From Candidatus Velthaea sp. (GTDB lineage: Bacteria > Vulcanimicrobiota > Vulcanimicrobiia > Vulcanimicrobiales > Vulcanimicrobiaceae), in NCBI GenBank assembly GCA_965214935.1, contig CBDCCS010000001.1, positions 1 through 64,000 on the forward strand: DNA of 64,000 bases, given 5' to 3'. Under the pieces are notes generated by a model. It had not been told where the DNA came from, did not search any database, and was given only the letters and a program-made list of their open reading frames with translations. The translations under genes were made by a program, and so were the position numbers. Shown in pieces: positions 50,116-59,888 of the stretch (within the stretch, counting starts at the first letter, position 1; each line of letters opens with the position of its first letter).

Positions 50116-52119
50116 TTACGGCGAACCGGCACGGCGCAGCCGCATTGCGAGCACCGCGCGCGCATGGCTGCCGCCGTCACCGTCGCTGCGCGGGATCACG
50201 CTGACATCGCGGGCGAGCATCGAGGTGATGTACAACCCGCGGCCCGACTCGCTCATCGTGTCTTTGGGTAACCGGGCGTAAAACGTGAATCCCGGTCCGC
50301 GGTCGAGCACGTGCAATACCGGCGAGTCACCGCTAAGATCGAGTGCGGCTTCAACGTTACCGCCGGTGTGCCGGACCACGTTTCCGATGAGTTCGCCGAA
50401 AATCAATTCGGCATCGTCGGCTTCACTGACGGTTGCACCCAGACGTTGCAACTCGGCACCGATTTGGCGCCGCGTTCGCATCGCGGTATCGGCATCGTCG
50501 GCTTGGAACTTCCAATGTGGATGCGAACCGGTCGTGTCCGCTTCGGCCGCGATCCGCACGGCGAGTATCGCAACATCGTCGTTCGCGGCCGGCGGCAGCA
50601 GCGTGCGGATCGCCGCCGCCGGGTTCTCTGCGTCATACACGTCGGCTGTGCCGAGCGCCGTACGCAGCCGCTGCTCGCCGGCCAGCGCGTCGCGTGTCGA
50701 TTCGATCAAGCCGTCGGTGTAGAGCACGAGCAGCGATTTGTCGCGTAACGCGATGCTGCCGTTCGCTCCGCGTTGCCGGCCTTCTTCATTGCGCAGCCCC
50801 AGCGGAAAATCAACTGCGCTTAATTCGCAGATCGTTCCGTCGGTGAAACGGACCAGCGGCGCCGGATGACCGGCGGACGCGTACGTAAGAATCAGCGTCA
50901 GCGGATCGAGCACCCCGACGAACGCCGTAACGATCCGATCGGCTTGCTCGGAGCGTAACGCGTGGTCGGCGGCATCGAGCACCGCGGCGGGTTCGGGAAA
51001 GACGTGCGCTGCACCGCGGATCGCCTGACGAACGGCCGCCATCGTTATGGCAGCTGATAGCCCGCTGCCCATGACGTCGCCGACCGAAAGTACGACGCGC
51101 CCGTCGGGCAAGCGGAATGCATCGAACCAATCACCGCCGACCAAATCTTGCGCCCCGGCCGGTTCGTAGACGGCGCTCAAAGCAAGTCCGGCGATCGTCG
51201 GCAGGATCTGCGGTAAGGCGGCAGTTTGAAACGCGCGCGAAGCTTGATGCTCGCGCTCGAGTTGCACGCGCAGTAATTCGGCTGCGACCCGGCTGTCATG
51301 AACGTCGGTCGCACTACCGGCCCAGCGCAGCAGGGTGCCGTCAGGCGCATGCATCGGGACGGCGCGCAGCAAAAACCACCGGTACGCAGCATCCGCACCG
51401 CCGTCCGGCTTGAATCGGACTTCGGTCTCATAGCCGTTGCCCGCAGCGAATGCTTCGCCGAGCACGCAAAGCAGTCGATCGTAATCTGCTGCCGGCATAA
51501 CGCGCGCCCAGCCTTCCGGCGTCAGTGCGATCTCCGGCGGCAACCCGCTATAATCGTACCAGCGCGAATTCGCCCATTCAACGGTTCCGTCGGACGCATG
51601 CGTATAGATGACATTGGCAATCGTGTCGGCCATCATGCGAAAATTACGCTCGCGCAGAACGGCGGTCGTCGTCTCATTACAGGCACACAACACGCCGGAA
51701 TCCGCGGCGTCGTAACCGTCGACGCGGCTGTAAGAAAACGTGAAGTATGCTTCTTCGGCAAAGCCGTTGCGTTCGAGCGTAAAGAGCATGTCTTGCGCGC
51801 TGAACGGATCGCCAGTAAGGCGGACGCGATCGATCATCGGTCCGATGATCGGCCAGATTTCGGGCCAGCAATCCGGCCCGCGTTGACCGAATCCGGCCGG
51901 ATGGCGCTTTCCGAACAGGCGAATGTAGGCGTCGTTATAGAGCTGGATGTGTTCGGCGCCCCACCAGATGAGCATCGGGAAGCCGGAATTCCGAATAACC
52001 GAAACGATCGAACGCAGCGGCTGCGACCAGGTCGCTTGCGATCCAAGCGGCGTGGATTCCCAGTATGCATCCGTAAGACGCTGACCGGGCAGATCTGCAG
52101 CACTGAGCGCATTGAGCAT
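50116..52119 (-). CDS. PAS-PAS-SpoIIE(PP2C)-HATPase signalling protein
   Basis: VGGDWFD, GDVMG, ASAGHP, YTDGLIE, DD; C-terminal ELIGNVVRH, DRGPG, GRGL. Confidence 0.88.
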   Translation of the reverse strand: MLNALSAADLPGQRLTDAYWESTPLGSQATWSQPLRSIVSVIRNSGFPMLIWWGAEHIQLYNDAYIRLFGKRHPAGFGQRGPDCWPEIWPIIGPMIDRVRLTGDPFSAQDMLFTLERNGFAEEAYFTFSYSRVDGYDAADSGVLCACNETTTAVLRERNFRMMADTIANVIYTHASDGTVEWANSRWYDYSGLPPEIALTPEGWARVMPAADYDRLLCVLGEAFAAGNGYETEVRFKPDGGADAAYRWFLLRAVPMHAPDGTLLRWAGSATDVHDSRVAAELLRVQLEREHQASRAFQTAALPQILPTIAGLALSAVYEPAGAQDLVGGDWFDAFRLPDGRVVLSVGDVMGSGLSAAITMAAVRQAIRGAAHVFPEPAAVLDAADHALRSEQADRIVTAFVGVLDPLTLILTYASAGHPAPLVRFTDGTICELSAVDFPLGLRNEEGRQRGANGSIALRDKSLLVLYTDGLIESTRDALAGEQRLRTALGTADVYDAENPAAAIRTLLPPAANDDVAILAVRIAAEADTTGSHPHWKFQADDADTAMRTRRQIGAELQRLGATVSEADDAELIFGELIGNVVRHTGGNVEAALDLSGDSPVLHVLDRGPGFTFYARLPKDTMSESGRGLYITSMLARDVSVIPRSDGDGGSHARAVLAMRLRRAGSP

Positions 52120-52225
52120 CAGAGCCGGGATTCGACGCCCGCCGCGGTGCGCTCTGCGCACATCCAGTTACGTTAGCGTATGCCCTTGCGCACCAAGGGG
52201 GTCGCTGAGATCCGTCGCCGATCGA

Positions 52226-53548
52226 TCAGCGCTGCGGGGCAAGCGCTCCGCTCGAGACGCGAGCGCGCCAGACCGCCAACGGAACACCGGCGACGACGGC
52301 GGCGAGAATGAAAAATCGCGTGCTTGGGTCATCTTGGGAAAACGAAAACACCAGCAGCAACACGAGCGCAATGCTGCCCAGTGCCGGGATGGCGATGCCG
52401 GTCAACGCATGGCGGCGATCGCGCATGAAGACCCGCACCGCCGCGGCGGCGCTCAACACGAACAAGATACCGAGAAAGACCGACGTTCCGCTCAAAATGA
52501 AGCTGAAAGCGGCGCGGATCGTCGGCGACAGCCCGCTGGCGAGGGTAAAAAGCATTCCGCCGGCGGTCATTAAAACAATTGCGCCGGCCGGTTGTTCGCG
52601 GCGGTCGAGCGCGCCAAGTCCGGCCGGCAACACGCCGTCGCGGCCCATGGCGTAAAAGCTGCGCGTTAGATACACCAAGGTCGTCTGCAACGACGCCGCC
52701 AGCGAGACGAGGACCAGCGCTGCGATGACGATCCGCCAGATATTGCCGCCTAATTGCAAACCGACGTAAGCCATCGCATCACCCTCGTGCGCCGCAAAAC
52801 CATCGAGCGTGCCGACGCGCATGAACGCCGTCATGCACAGCCATAAGATGACGGCGCTCAGGGCTAAGCCGATGAGTCCGCTCAAACCCGGTGCGCGGTT
52901 TGCGGCCTGCGCTTCTTCTGCGGCCGACGCCGACACTTCCCAGCCATCGATCATCCAAATGCCGATGACCATCGCTCCGAGCAGCGCTGCATTGCCGGGG
53001 AACGGCGCAACCGTGGCCGCATGCGCAACGACCGGATGCGTAAAAGCTGCGATTGCGCCGACCGTCAAAACGATGATTTCGACGATCAGCAAAACGTTGG
53101 TCACGCGTGCGGTCGGCCGCAAACCGGCATACAGTAAAAGCCCCGACGCGAACACCCAAACCGTCGCCACGGCGGCGCCGGCGAGCGGTGAGTCGGCGGC
53201 CGCCGGTGCGAACAATGCCAAGGTGTACGTGCCGGCCGGAACCGCCGTCGCCACGACTGCAAAAATGTTCGCTACGATCAGCACCCACGCGGCGTACGCA
53301 CCGGCGGTCGCTCCGAACGCCGCGCGGACCCACGAGTACGATGAACCCGCAGTGGGATAGCGTTCGCCTAGGCGCTGATAGCCGACGGCAATGCACGCCA
53401 TGACGATCGCAACGACGACAAGTGCGAGCGGCGTCGCGCTGCCGCCCGCGGCGACCATCGGGCCGAACACGGTTGCGAGCACAAATGCCGGGCCGATCGC
53501 CGCCGCCGCGATCACCAGTAAATCGCCCAGACTCAAGACGCGCTGCAC
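52226..53548 (-). CDS. APC family permease
   Basis: Multi-TM; AGSSYSW, GWE.SASAAEE, MGRDGVLP. Confidence 0.85.
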   Translation of the reverse strand: MQRVLSLGDLLVIAAAAIGPAFVLATVFGPMVAAGGSATPLALVVVAIVMACIAVGYQRLGERYPTAGSSYSWVRAAFGATAGAYAAWVLIVANIFAVVATAVPAGTYTLALFAPAAADSPLAGAAVATVWVFASGLLLYAGLRPTARVTNVLLIVEIIVLTVGAIAAFTHPVVAHAATVAPFPGNAALLGAMVIGIWMIDGWEVSASAAEEAQAANRAPGLSGLIGLALSAVILWLCMTAFMRVGTLDGFAAHEGDAMAYVGLQLGGNIWRIVIAALVLVSLAASLQTTLVYLTRSFYAMGRDGVLPAGLGALDRREQPAGAIVLMTAGGMLFTLASGLSPTIRAAFSFILSGTSVFLGILFVLSAAAAVRVFMRDRRHALTGIAIPALGSIALVLLLVFSFSQDDPSTRFFILAAVVAGVPLAVWRARVSSGALAPQR

Positions 53549-53549
53549 G

Positions 53550-54998
53550 TCAGGCCTTGCGGAGAAGGGAGAACCGGTAGCCGTACGCCGCATACACCCC
53601 GACGCCCAGCGCAAACCAGACGATGAACCGGATCCAGGTCGCCGTTCCCAAACCGGTCATGATAAAGATGCACAGCAACGCGCCCAGCGGTGCAGTGACG
53701 AAAATTAGCGGCGCGCGAAACGGCCGCTTGGCGTGCGGTTTGCGCATTCGCAGAATCAATACACCGGCGCAGACGATTGTAAAAGCCGATAGCGTTCCGA
53801 CGTTGACGAGCGCCAGCAGTGCTTCGATCGGTAGCACACCGGCGAGCAGCGCAACGAGAACGCCGGTCGTAACGGTCGTCGTCACCGGCGTACACGTTTT
53901 CGGATTCAACCGCGCGACGAAGGGCGGCAGCATTCGATCGCGCGCCATGACGTAGAAGATCCGGACCTGACCGAGCAGCGACGTCAGCATGACCGTCGTC
54001 GTGCCGGCGAACGCTCCGGCAAAGACGAGCGCTACTAACCACCGTGCGTTGCCGGCTTGCGTGACGGCAGCCGCCATGCCGGCATTCGGATCGATCGTTT
54101 TCCACGGTACGATGCCGACCGTAACATACGCGATACCGATATACAGCACGAATCCGACCAGCAGCGAGCCGATCACGGCCCGCGGTACGTCACGCGTCGG
54201 ATGGCGCGCTTCTTCCGATGCGATCGTTACCGTGTCGAAACCGATGTAGGCGAAAAAGACCAGTGCCGCGCCGCTGATAACGCCGTTGGCACCGGTCGGG
54301 AAAGCCGGAACGAAGTGCGCCGGTCCGACCGCTCCGAACAAGCCGAGAATGAATACGCCGATGGCGACGACTTGAATGACGACGAAGATCGTATTCATCG
54401 ACGTCGACTCGCGGATGCCGATCGCCAATAGCAACGTAATAACTAAAATAATTGCAATTGCGGGAACGTCGATTTGCGAGTGCACGAGATCGATACGCCC
54501 GAGCGCGACATGGCCGTGCAGCGGGTCGAACGCGAAGCCCTCAGCAACGAGGTGGGCGACCCGCGCCCAATCCGGCAGCGTTATACCGAAGTTCGCAATA
54601 AAGCTTTGAACGTAGCCCGACCATGCCGCCGCGGTCGGCGCAACGCTGATGCCGTATTCGAGGATGAGATCCCAGCCGATGATCCACGCGACGAACTCAC
54701 CGAGCGTGGCATAGGCATACGTGTATGCACTGCCGGCCGCCGGCACCATCGCCGCGAGTTCGGCGTAACACAGCGCTACGAAAATACACGCAAACCCGGA
54801 TAACGCGAACGATACGATGACGCCCGGTCCGGCAACGTTCATTCCCGCGCCGATCGTTGCAAAGATGCCGCCGAGCATCGTGCCGAGCCCGACGCCCATG
54901 AGGCCGGGAACGCCGAGCACCCGGCGCAGCGCCACCGCGCCGGCGGCATGTTCGCGATCGTGTGGTTGGGTTGCGAGCAGTCGCTGCCAAACGGCCAA
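53550..54998 (-). CDS. Cationic amino acid transporter-type APC permease
   Basis: AGSAYTYAYATLGE, GWDLILEY, FFAYIGFD, VNVGTLSAF, RPFRAP. Confidence 0.9.
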   Translation of the reverse strand: MAVWQRLLATQPHDREHAAGAVALRRVLGVPGLMGVGLGTMLGGIFATIGAGMNVAGPGVIVSFALSGFACIFVALCYAELAAMVPAAGSAYTYAYATLGEFVAWIIGWDLILEYGISVAPTAAAWSGYVQSFIANFGITLPDWARVAHLVAEGFAFDPLHGHVALGRIDLVHSQIDVPAIAIILVITLLLAIGIRESTSMNTIFVVIQVVAIGVFILGLFGAVGPAHFVPAFPTGANGVISGAALVFFAYIGFDTVTIASEEARHPTRDVPRAVIGSLLVGFVLYIGIAYVTVGIVPWKTIDPNAGMAAAVTQAGNARWLVALVFAGAFAGTTTVMLTSLLGQVRIFYVMARDRMLPPFVARLNPKTCTPVTTTVTTGVLVALLAGVLPIEALLALVNVGTLSAFTIVCAGVLILRMRKPHAKRPFRAPLIFVTAPLGALLCIFIMTGLGTATWIRFIVWFALGVGVYAAYGYRFSLLRKA

Positions 54999-55008
54999 CG
55001 TGCAGCGA

Positions 55009-55920
55009 CTAGGCCGGCTGCAGGTTGATGACGCGCGGACGCAGCGCAAGTTCGCTCAACATGCGCGTGTAATCGGCGTCCGTTACATCCGTCCAGGCTT
55101 TACCGAGCAGTGCGATGAGGGCGGCTTCAACGACGTTGGTGCCGAACGAGCGGCCGGCAAAATCCGGCGTCGTGGTGACGAGCGTCGTGATGCCGCGCGA
55201 TTGTAATTCTCCGACGTCACGCGCGGTGAGCGTGTTGGTCAACACCATTTTGCCGTCGAGCCGGGCCGGCATAAATTGCCGCATGAAATGGAAGTCACCC
55301 GCAATGATTTCGGCGTCATCATAATACTCCGGATATTTCGGCTGCGGCGGACGGTCTTGCTTTTTACCGGTCGGATAGAAGAACTGGAACGGTAACTTAC
55401 AAGCATCGGGCAAGTAACGCCGCGCCATCTCCTCGAATTCATCGAGTCCGTGCACGGGCTTATCGAGATCGAGCGCAAAAATAAAATCGCCGAAGATAAC
55501 ATCGGCGCCGGCGGCGACGAGCGCTTGTGCCATGCCGAAGCGATCGAGGGCGCTGACCATCAGTACGCGTTTGTCGGCAAACTTCATGCCGAGTTCGCGT
55601 GCGAGATAACCGATTGCTTCCCGTTCGAGCGTATTTTTAAGGCCGCTGCCGTCGACGACGGGCGTGATTTTCACCGCGTCGAGCAGCCGCAATCCGTCGC
55701 GCAACGCATAGCGTTGCTTGCCGGCATACAAGTAAACGTCGATCCCGCCTAAACCGATTGCATCGACGGTCCCATCGAGCTCTTTGAGTTTGGCCAGCGC
55801 GCGGTCGAGCGAACCATCCATACCGATGCGCTCGATGATGAAGCGCTCGCCCAGCAACTCGATGCGTGCAACATGGTCGCGCGACGCCGAACCGAGCGAA
55901 ACGCTAACGACGTGTTTGAT
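55009..55920 (-). CDS. Conserved protein of the family usually labelled 'quinate 5-dehydrogenase' (probable ATC start)
   Basis: KHVVSVSLGS..RDH, IERIG.DG, DAIGLGGID, VDGSGLKNTLER, GRSFGTNVVEA. Confidence 0.75.
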   Translation of the reverse strand: MKHVVSVSLGSASRDHVARIELLGERFIIERIGMDGSLDRALAKLKELDGTVDAIGLGGIDVYLYAGKQRYALRDGLRLLDAVKITPVVDGSGLKNTLEREAIGYLARELGMKFADKRVLMVSALDRFGMAQALVAAGADVIFGDFIFALDLDKPVHGLDEFEEMARRYLPDACKLPFQFFYPTGKKQDRPPQPKYPEYYDDAEIIAGDFHFMRQFMPARLDGKMVLTNTLTARDVGELQSRGITTLVTTTPDFAGRSFGTNVVEAALIALLGKAWTDVTDADYTRMLSELALRPRVINLQPA

Positions 55921-55932
55921 TGCGGACCTCGT

Positions 55933-57042
55933 TCATGAGGCGACGTTGCGGCGCATCGCGGCAAACGTCCGAACGGCGGTAATTTTCTCGCGGGTAATGG
56001 CCGTGTCGAAGGCGCGCATGTCCGCTAAGGCAAAGCCGTTGCGTTCCGCCATCGCATCGATTTCGCGCACGCGGCCGACGTTGATCCCGCGCCCCAGCGT
56101 ATATGATTCGCAGCGGTTCTCGAGCGCCAAAACGGCGGTTTCGGACATGCATGCGAGAAGCGTTCCGGAGGGAAGATTTAAGTCGAACGCACGATCGGGT
56201 TCGCGCACGCGCATCGCGCGAAGATCGCCGGGTACACGCATGTTACCGCCTTCGATGACGAGCACGTCGGGACGTTCGCTTGCAACGCGCCGGCTGACAT
56301 CATGCGGCAGCGAAAGCTCGCAGACGACCGCTCCGGTGCGCAGATCTTCGGGCTCGATGACGTCGTGCGTCGACGACGTCGCGGTCAGCACGAGATCCGC
56401 AGCGCGCACCGCCGTTCCGATATCGAGGCCGATCGAGATCGAGCAGGGCAGTGCAGGCGCGAGCGTCGCTTGTAATTTGCGCAACCGGGTTTCGTTGCGC
56501 GCAACCATGATCACGTGTTTCACCCGCTCGGCGATCAACTGCACGCACGCCGAGCCGATCGAACCGGTCGCACCGACGACGACGGCAGTCGCACCGGCCG
56601 GCTCGATTCCCATTTCTGCTGCACCGCGAAACAAGCTGCGCACGCCGGCCGCAATCGTTAATGAATTTCCGGTCGTTACCGGAATCGGCGACCGTTCGGC
56701 GAGCGTAATGCCGGCATCTCCGACGACTCCGCTGAACGCACCAAGCCCGGCTATTTCGGCACCGAGCTCCACCCCGATTGCAATCGCACGCAAGATGCGC
56801 GCGTACACATCCTCACGCGGCAATTCCAGCATCTGCTCGGGCAAGAGCGGCGCAGCGACGAACCAGCCTTCGGTCTCGCGGCCGTCCGGGGCGCGAATGC
56901 CGGTTAAATGCGCAGCGGCATACGACGGCATCCATTCGAGTATTTTCGCGACGATCGGACGGCCTTTGCCCGCGGCTCCCGGCTCGTACCGGATGACGTC
57001 GTCGAACGAGACGGGATGAATGACAAAACAAAACTTCGCCAT
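55933..57042 (-). CDS. Acyl-ACP reductase-like protein (COG5322 type)
   Basis: FVIHP, GLGAFS, TTGNSLT, VVGATGSIG, LPHDV, EGG, ACMSET (putative catalytic Cys). Confidence 0.8.
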   Translation of the reverse strand: MAKFCFVIHPVSFDDVIRYEPGAAGKGRPIVAKILEWMPSYAAAHLTGIRAPDGRETEGWFVAAPLLPEQMLELPREDVYARILRAIAIGVELGAEIAGLGAFSGVVGDAGITLAERSPIPVTTGNSLTIAAGVRSLFRGAAEMGIEPAGATAVVVGATGSIGSACVQLIAERVKHVIMVARNETRLRKLQATLAPALPCSISIGLDIGTAVRAADLVLTATSSTHDVIEPEDLRTGAVVCELSLPHDVSRRVASERPDVLVIEGGNMRVPGDLRAMRVREPDRAFDLNLPSGTLLACMSETAVLALENRCESYTLGRGINVGRVREIDAMAERNGFALADMRAFDTAITREKITAVRTFAAMRRNVAS

Positions 57043-57137
57043 CGTAGCAATGCTACTTTCGCGCAGCGCGCGCAGCGGCCCCGCGCAGCCCGAGCGCACT
57101 GGAAGGCTAGCCCTTTGCGTCCTTGAAGCGGGCGCGT

Positions 57138-57803
57138 ATGACGAATGAAACGCTTGCCGCTATCTCCGAACTCCAGCGCATCCCGTCACCGGGGCCGGAG
57201 CCGACGGCCCTGGCTTGCGACGGCACCGATATTTGGGTAGCGTCGTCGGAGACCAACCGACTCTACGGTCTGCGCGGCAACACCGGGGCGGTGTTCGAGG
57301 AAGCCGAAGCTCCGGGCATGCCGATCGGCATGGTCGTTACCGGCGACGCGCTGCACATGGTCACGAGCGAAACCGATAACTCGCGCTTCATTCGCCGCTA
57401 CATTTTCGGTCACGGCTTCAAAAGCGAAGCGACGCCGTGCCCCGACGATACCGGATCGTTCCTGGCTTACGACGGCGACAATCTTTTCTTAAGTCAGCGC
57501 TTCAATCAGCGCATCCTCGAACTCGATGGCCAAAATGCGGTCCAACGCACGATTGCCGCGCCGCGCCAAATCTGCGGCATGGCGATCGTCAACGGCCGCT
57601 TCTTCCTCATGACGACCGCGGGTCCGGATGAACCCGACGATTATCGCGTCATTCGGCTCGACGCCCGCAAGTCAGAACCGGAAGCGACGGAAATCGCACG
57701 CGTGCCGTTTCTGGCCCGATCGCTCGCCTGGGACGGAACCAAATTTTGGACCAGCGCGCGCGACGAGAATATGCTTGTTGCATTTAGCGCAACCGGCGTT
57801 TGA
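57138..57803 (+). CDS. Hypothetical beta-propeller-like protein
   Basis: Repeated LA(C/Y/W)DG..(I/L/F)(W/F) blades. Confidence 0.6.
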   Translation: MTNETLAAISELQRIPSPGPEPTALACDGTDIWVASSETNRLYGLRGNTGAVFEEAEAPGMPIGMVVTGDALHMVTSETDNSRFIRRYIFGHGFKSEATPCPDDTGSFLAYDGDNLFLSQRFNQRILELDGQNAVQRTIAAPRQICGMAIVNGRFFLMTTAGPDEPDDYRVIRLDARKSEPEATEIARVPFLARSLAWDGTKFWTSARDENMLVAFSATGV

Positions 57804-57837
57804 CGCCGTGCAGCGCTGACTTGCCGAACGATTCGTC

Positions 57838-58617
57838 TTAGGGACGACTCGGCGGCGCGCTCTGAGACTCGAGATAGTCGTACACCACACGTAACTCCGG
57901 ATCGCTGAGTCTGCCGACTCGGCGCCACGGCATCGCCGCCGACAGCATCCGATTCGCGGGCGTTTTGCCGCTGCGCATCGCCGTCTGAAAATCGCTGAAC
58001 GTCCAGCTGCCGATGCCGTCATGCGAGATGTTCGGAGCGGCCGGGCCGGACGGCCGGAGCGCGCCCGAGAGCCGTGCGCCATGACAGCTCGTACAGCCGC
58101 CGAGGCTAACGAGATATGCGCCGTCGTCCGACCGGACCGGGCTTCCGCTCGAACTCGCTTGCGGTGCAACGTGCGAATCCCGATCGGACGCTGCCGGAAC
58201 GGCGGTCGCATCGACCGGCGGTAACGTGCGCAAAAAAGCAACGACGTCGTTCAGATCGGCATCGGTCATGATCGCGTACTCGCGGGCCGGCATGATTCGC
58301 AGCGGGCGGCCGTCGGCGCCGATCCCGATGTGAATCGCCCGCCGCAGGTCGGCGTCGCTCAGTGCGGCGATTCCGCCCGAACCGCTCGTGAGATTCGCCG
58401 AGTGTACGCTGCCGCCGGGAACGGCAAACTCACGGCCGCCGGCAAATTGCGTGCCGTGGCAATCCGCACAGCCGGCGATCGCCGTAGCAATATGCGCGCC
58501 GCGCCCGACATCGGGCGCCGAACCGTCTTGCGCGCTCACCCGCGGCACGACGAGCGCGAACGCCGAACTCAGAAGTGCAGTCGCGACGAGCGTACGGCGC
58601 ACCCGGCTTGGCTTCAT
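57838..58617 (-). CDS. Di-haem c-type cytochrome
   Basis: Signal peptide; CADCH and CTSCH, each followed by a (S/A)(A/P)N(L/I)(T/S) motif and MP. Confidence 0.88.
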   Translation of the reverse strand: MKPSRVRRTLVATALLSSAFALVVPRVSAQDGSAPDVGRGAHIATAIAGCADCHGTQFAGGREFAVPGGSVHSANLTSGSGGIAALSDADLRRAIHIGIGADGRPLRIMPAREYAIMTDADLNDVVAFLRTLPPVDATAVPAASDRDSHVAPQASSSGSPVRSDDGAYLVSLGGCTSCHGARLSGALRPSGPAAPNISHDGIGSWTFSDFQTAMRSGKTPANRMLSAAMPWRRVGRLSDPELRVVYDYLESQSAPPSRP

Positions 58618-58734
58618 ACGGGGGCTCGTTAGTTGCTCGCAGCATTGAGGCCTCCGAGCCTTATCCGCGCAGACACAGACTCTTTCGGCACGAGTATTTT
58701 GCCGTTGTCGTCGTCGTACTGCGCGGCGTGCAGC

Positions 58735-59688
58735 TCAGCGCGAAAGCGCTCCGGCCGGCAACGCGACGTCGCTGCGCCACGGCGGGTCTGCACCTGCGCG
58801 GCTGCAGGTTGCCGCCGACACTCGCGTCGCGAATGCAACGACATCGGCGATCGTTTCCTTTTGCACCGCTGCAAGTTGCGCCGGCGTTCGCACACCGCAA
58901 ACCTCAAAGCCGGCCAGCAGCGCTCCCATGAAGCTGTCGCCGGCTCCGACGGTGTCGACCACGGCGACGCGAATGGCCGGCGATTCAATCGTGCCGCCTT
59001 GCTTGGTATAGGCGGTCGATCCGGCTTCGCCGGCGGTTACGACGACGAGCGATGCACCCTGCGCGAGCCACGCGTGCGCGGCATCCGCCGGTGCTTTATC
59101 CGCTTCGAGCCACCGAAGATCGGCGGTACTGATCTTAATAATATCGGCAACGTCGAAAAACGTTGAGAGCCGGCTGCGATACGCGATTTCTCGACCGGCA
59201 ATCACCGTCGGCCGGACATTCGGATCGAACGCAATGATCCGCCGGCCCTTATTGACTGCGAGCAGTCGCCCAAAATTTGACGCGCCCGGTTCGTCGATCG
59301 GCAAAAAAGCGCCGAACGAAAGGTGCAGTGCCGTTACGTCGGCTGTTAAATCGACGGCAGGTGCCCAAAACTGCGGGCTGCTTCCCGTGTCGTAAAACGC
59401 ATACTGTGCGTCGGCCGCATCGAGTTTAACGAAAGCCAGCAACGTCGGACGATCGAGCCGCATGATGTAACGGCTATCGACCGCGCTTGCCTGCAGCGCA
59501 GTGACGAGCTGCGTCCCGAAAAAATCGGTTGAGATACTGCCGAGGAATCCGGCAGGGACGCCGAGCCGGCCGATGGTTAAGGCAACGTTGAACGGCGAAC
59601 CGCCCGGTCGCGGAACGTACGCTGTCTCGCCGCTTGCCGTGGACGCAGGCACGAAATCGATGAGCGCTTCGCCGCAGGTAACAATCAT
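58735..59688 (-). CDS. PfkB family carbohydrate kinase (fructokinase-like)
   Basis: GEALID, GGSPFNVA, FDPNVRP, DTVGAGDSF. Confidence 0.93.
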   Translation of the reverse strand: MIVTCGEALIDFVPASTASGETAYVPRPGGSPFNVALTIGRLGVPAGFLGSISTDFFGTQLVTALQASAVDSRYIMRLDRPTLLAFVKLDAADAQYAFYDTGSSPQFWAPAVDLTADVTALHLSFGAFLPIDEPGASNFGRLLAVNKGRRIIAFDPNVRPTVIAGREIAYRSRLSTFFDVADIIKISTADLRWLEADKAPADAAHAWLAQGASLVVVTAGEAGSTAYTKQGGTIESPAIRVAVVDTVGAGDSFMGALLAGFEVCGVRTPAQLAAVQKETIADVVAFATRVSAATCSRAGADPPWRSDVALPAGALSR

Positions 59689-59888
59689 CGAAACGCTCGT
59701 CGACGTAGCGTCATGATGTTCGTAACGCGCATTCGCTTCCAATCGATCACCGCCCGAATTGCGTCCGGCGCAAGCGGCGTTCCTCTGTAAACGCGCAGAA
59801 CCGCGCGTACATCCACAGAGCATTAATACTCTGCCTCACGGACGTTTTGCCCGTAGGTCAACCGAGCCCTCGGCAAAACCGAAGCAGG

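Noticed and set aside
55784..57019. 411-aa plus-strand ORF
   Set aside because: Mirror of the acyl-ACP-reductase-like gene; Ser/Arg-rich composition typical of antisense frames.
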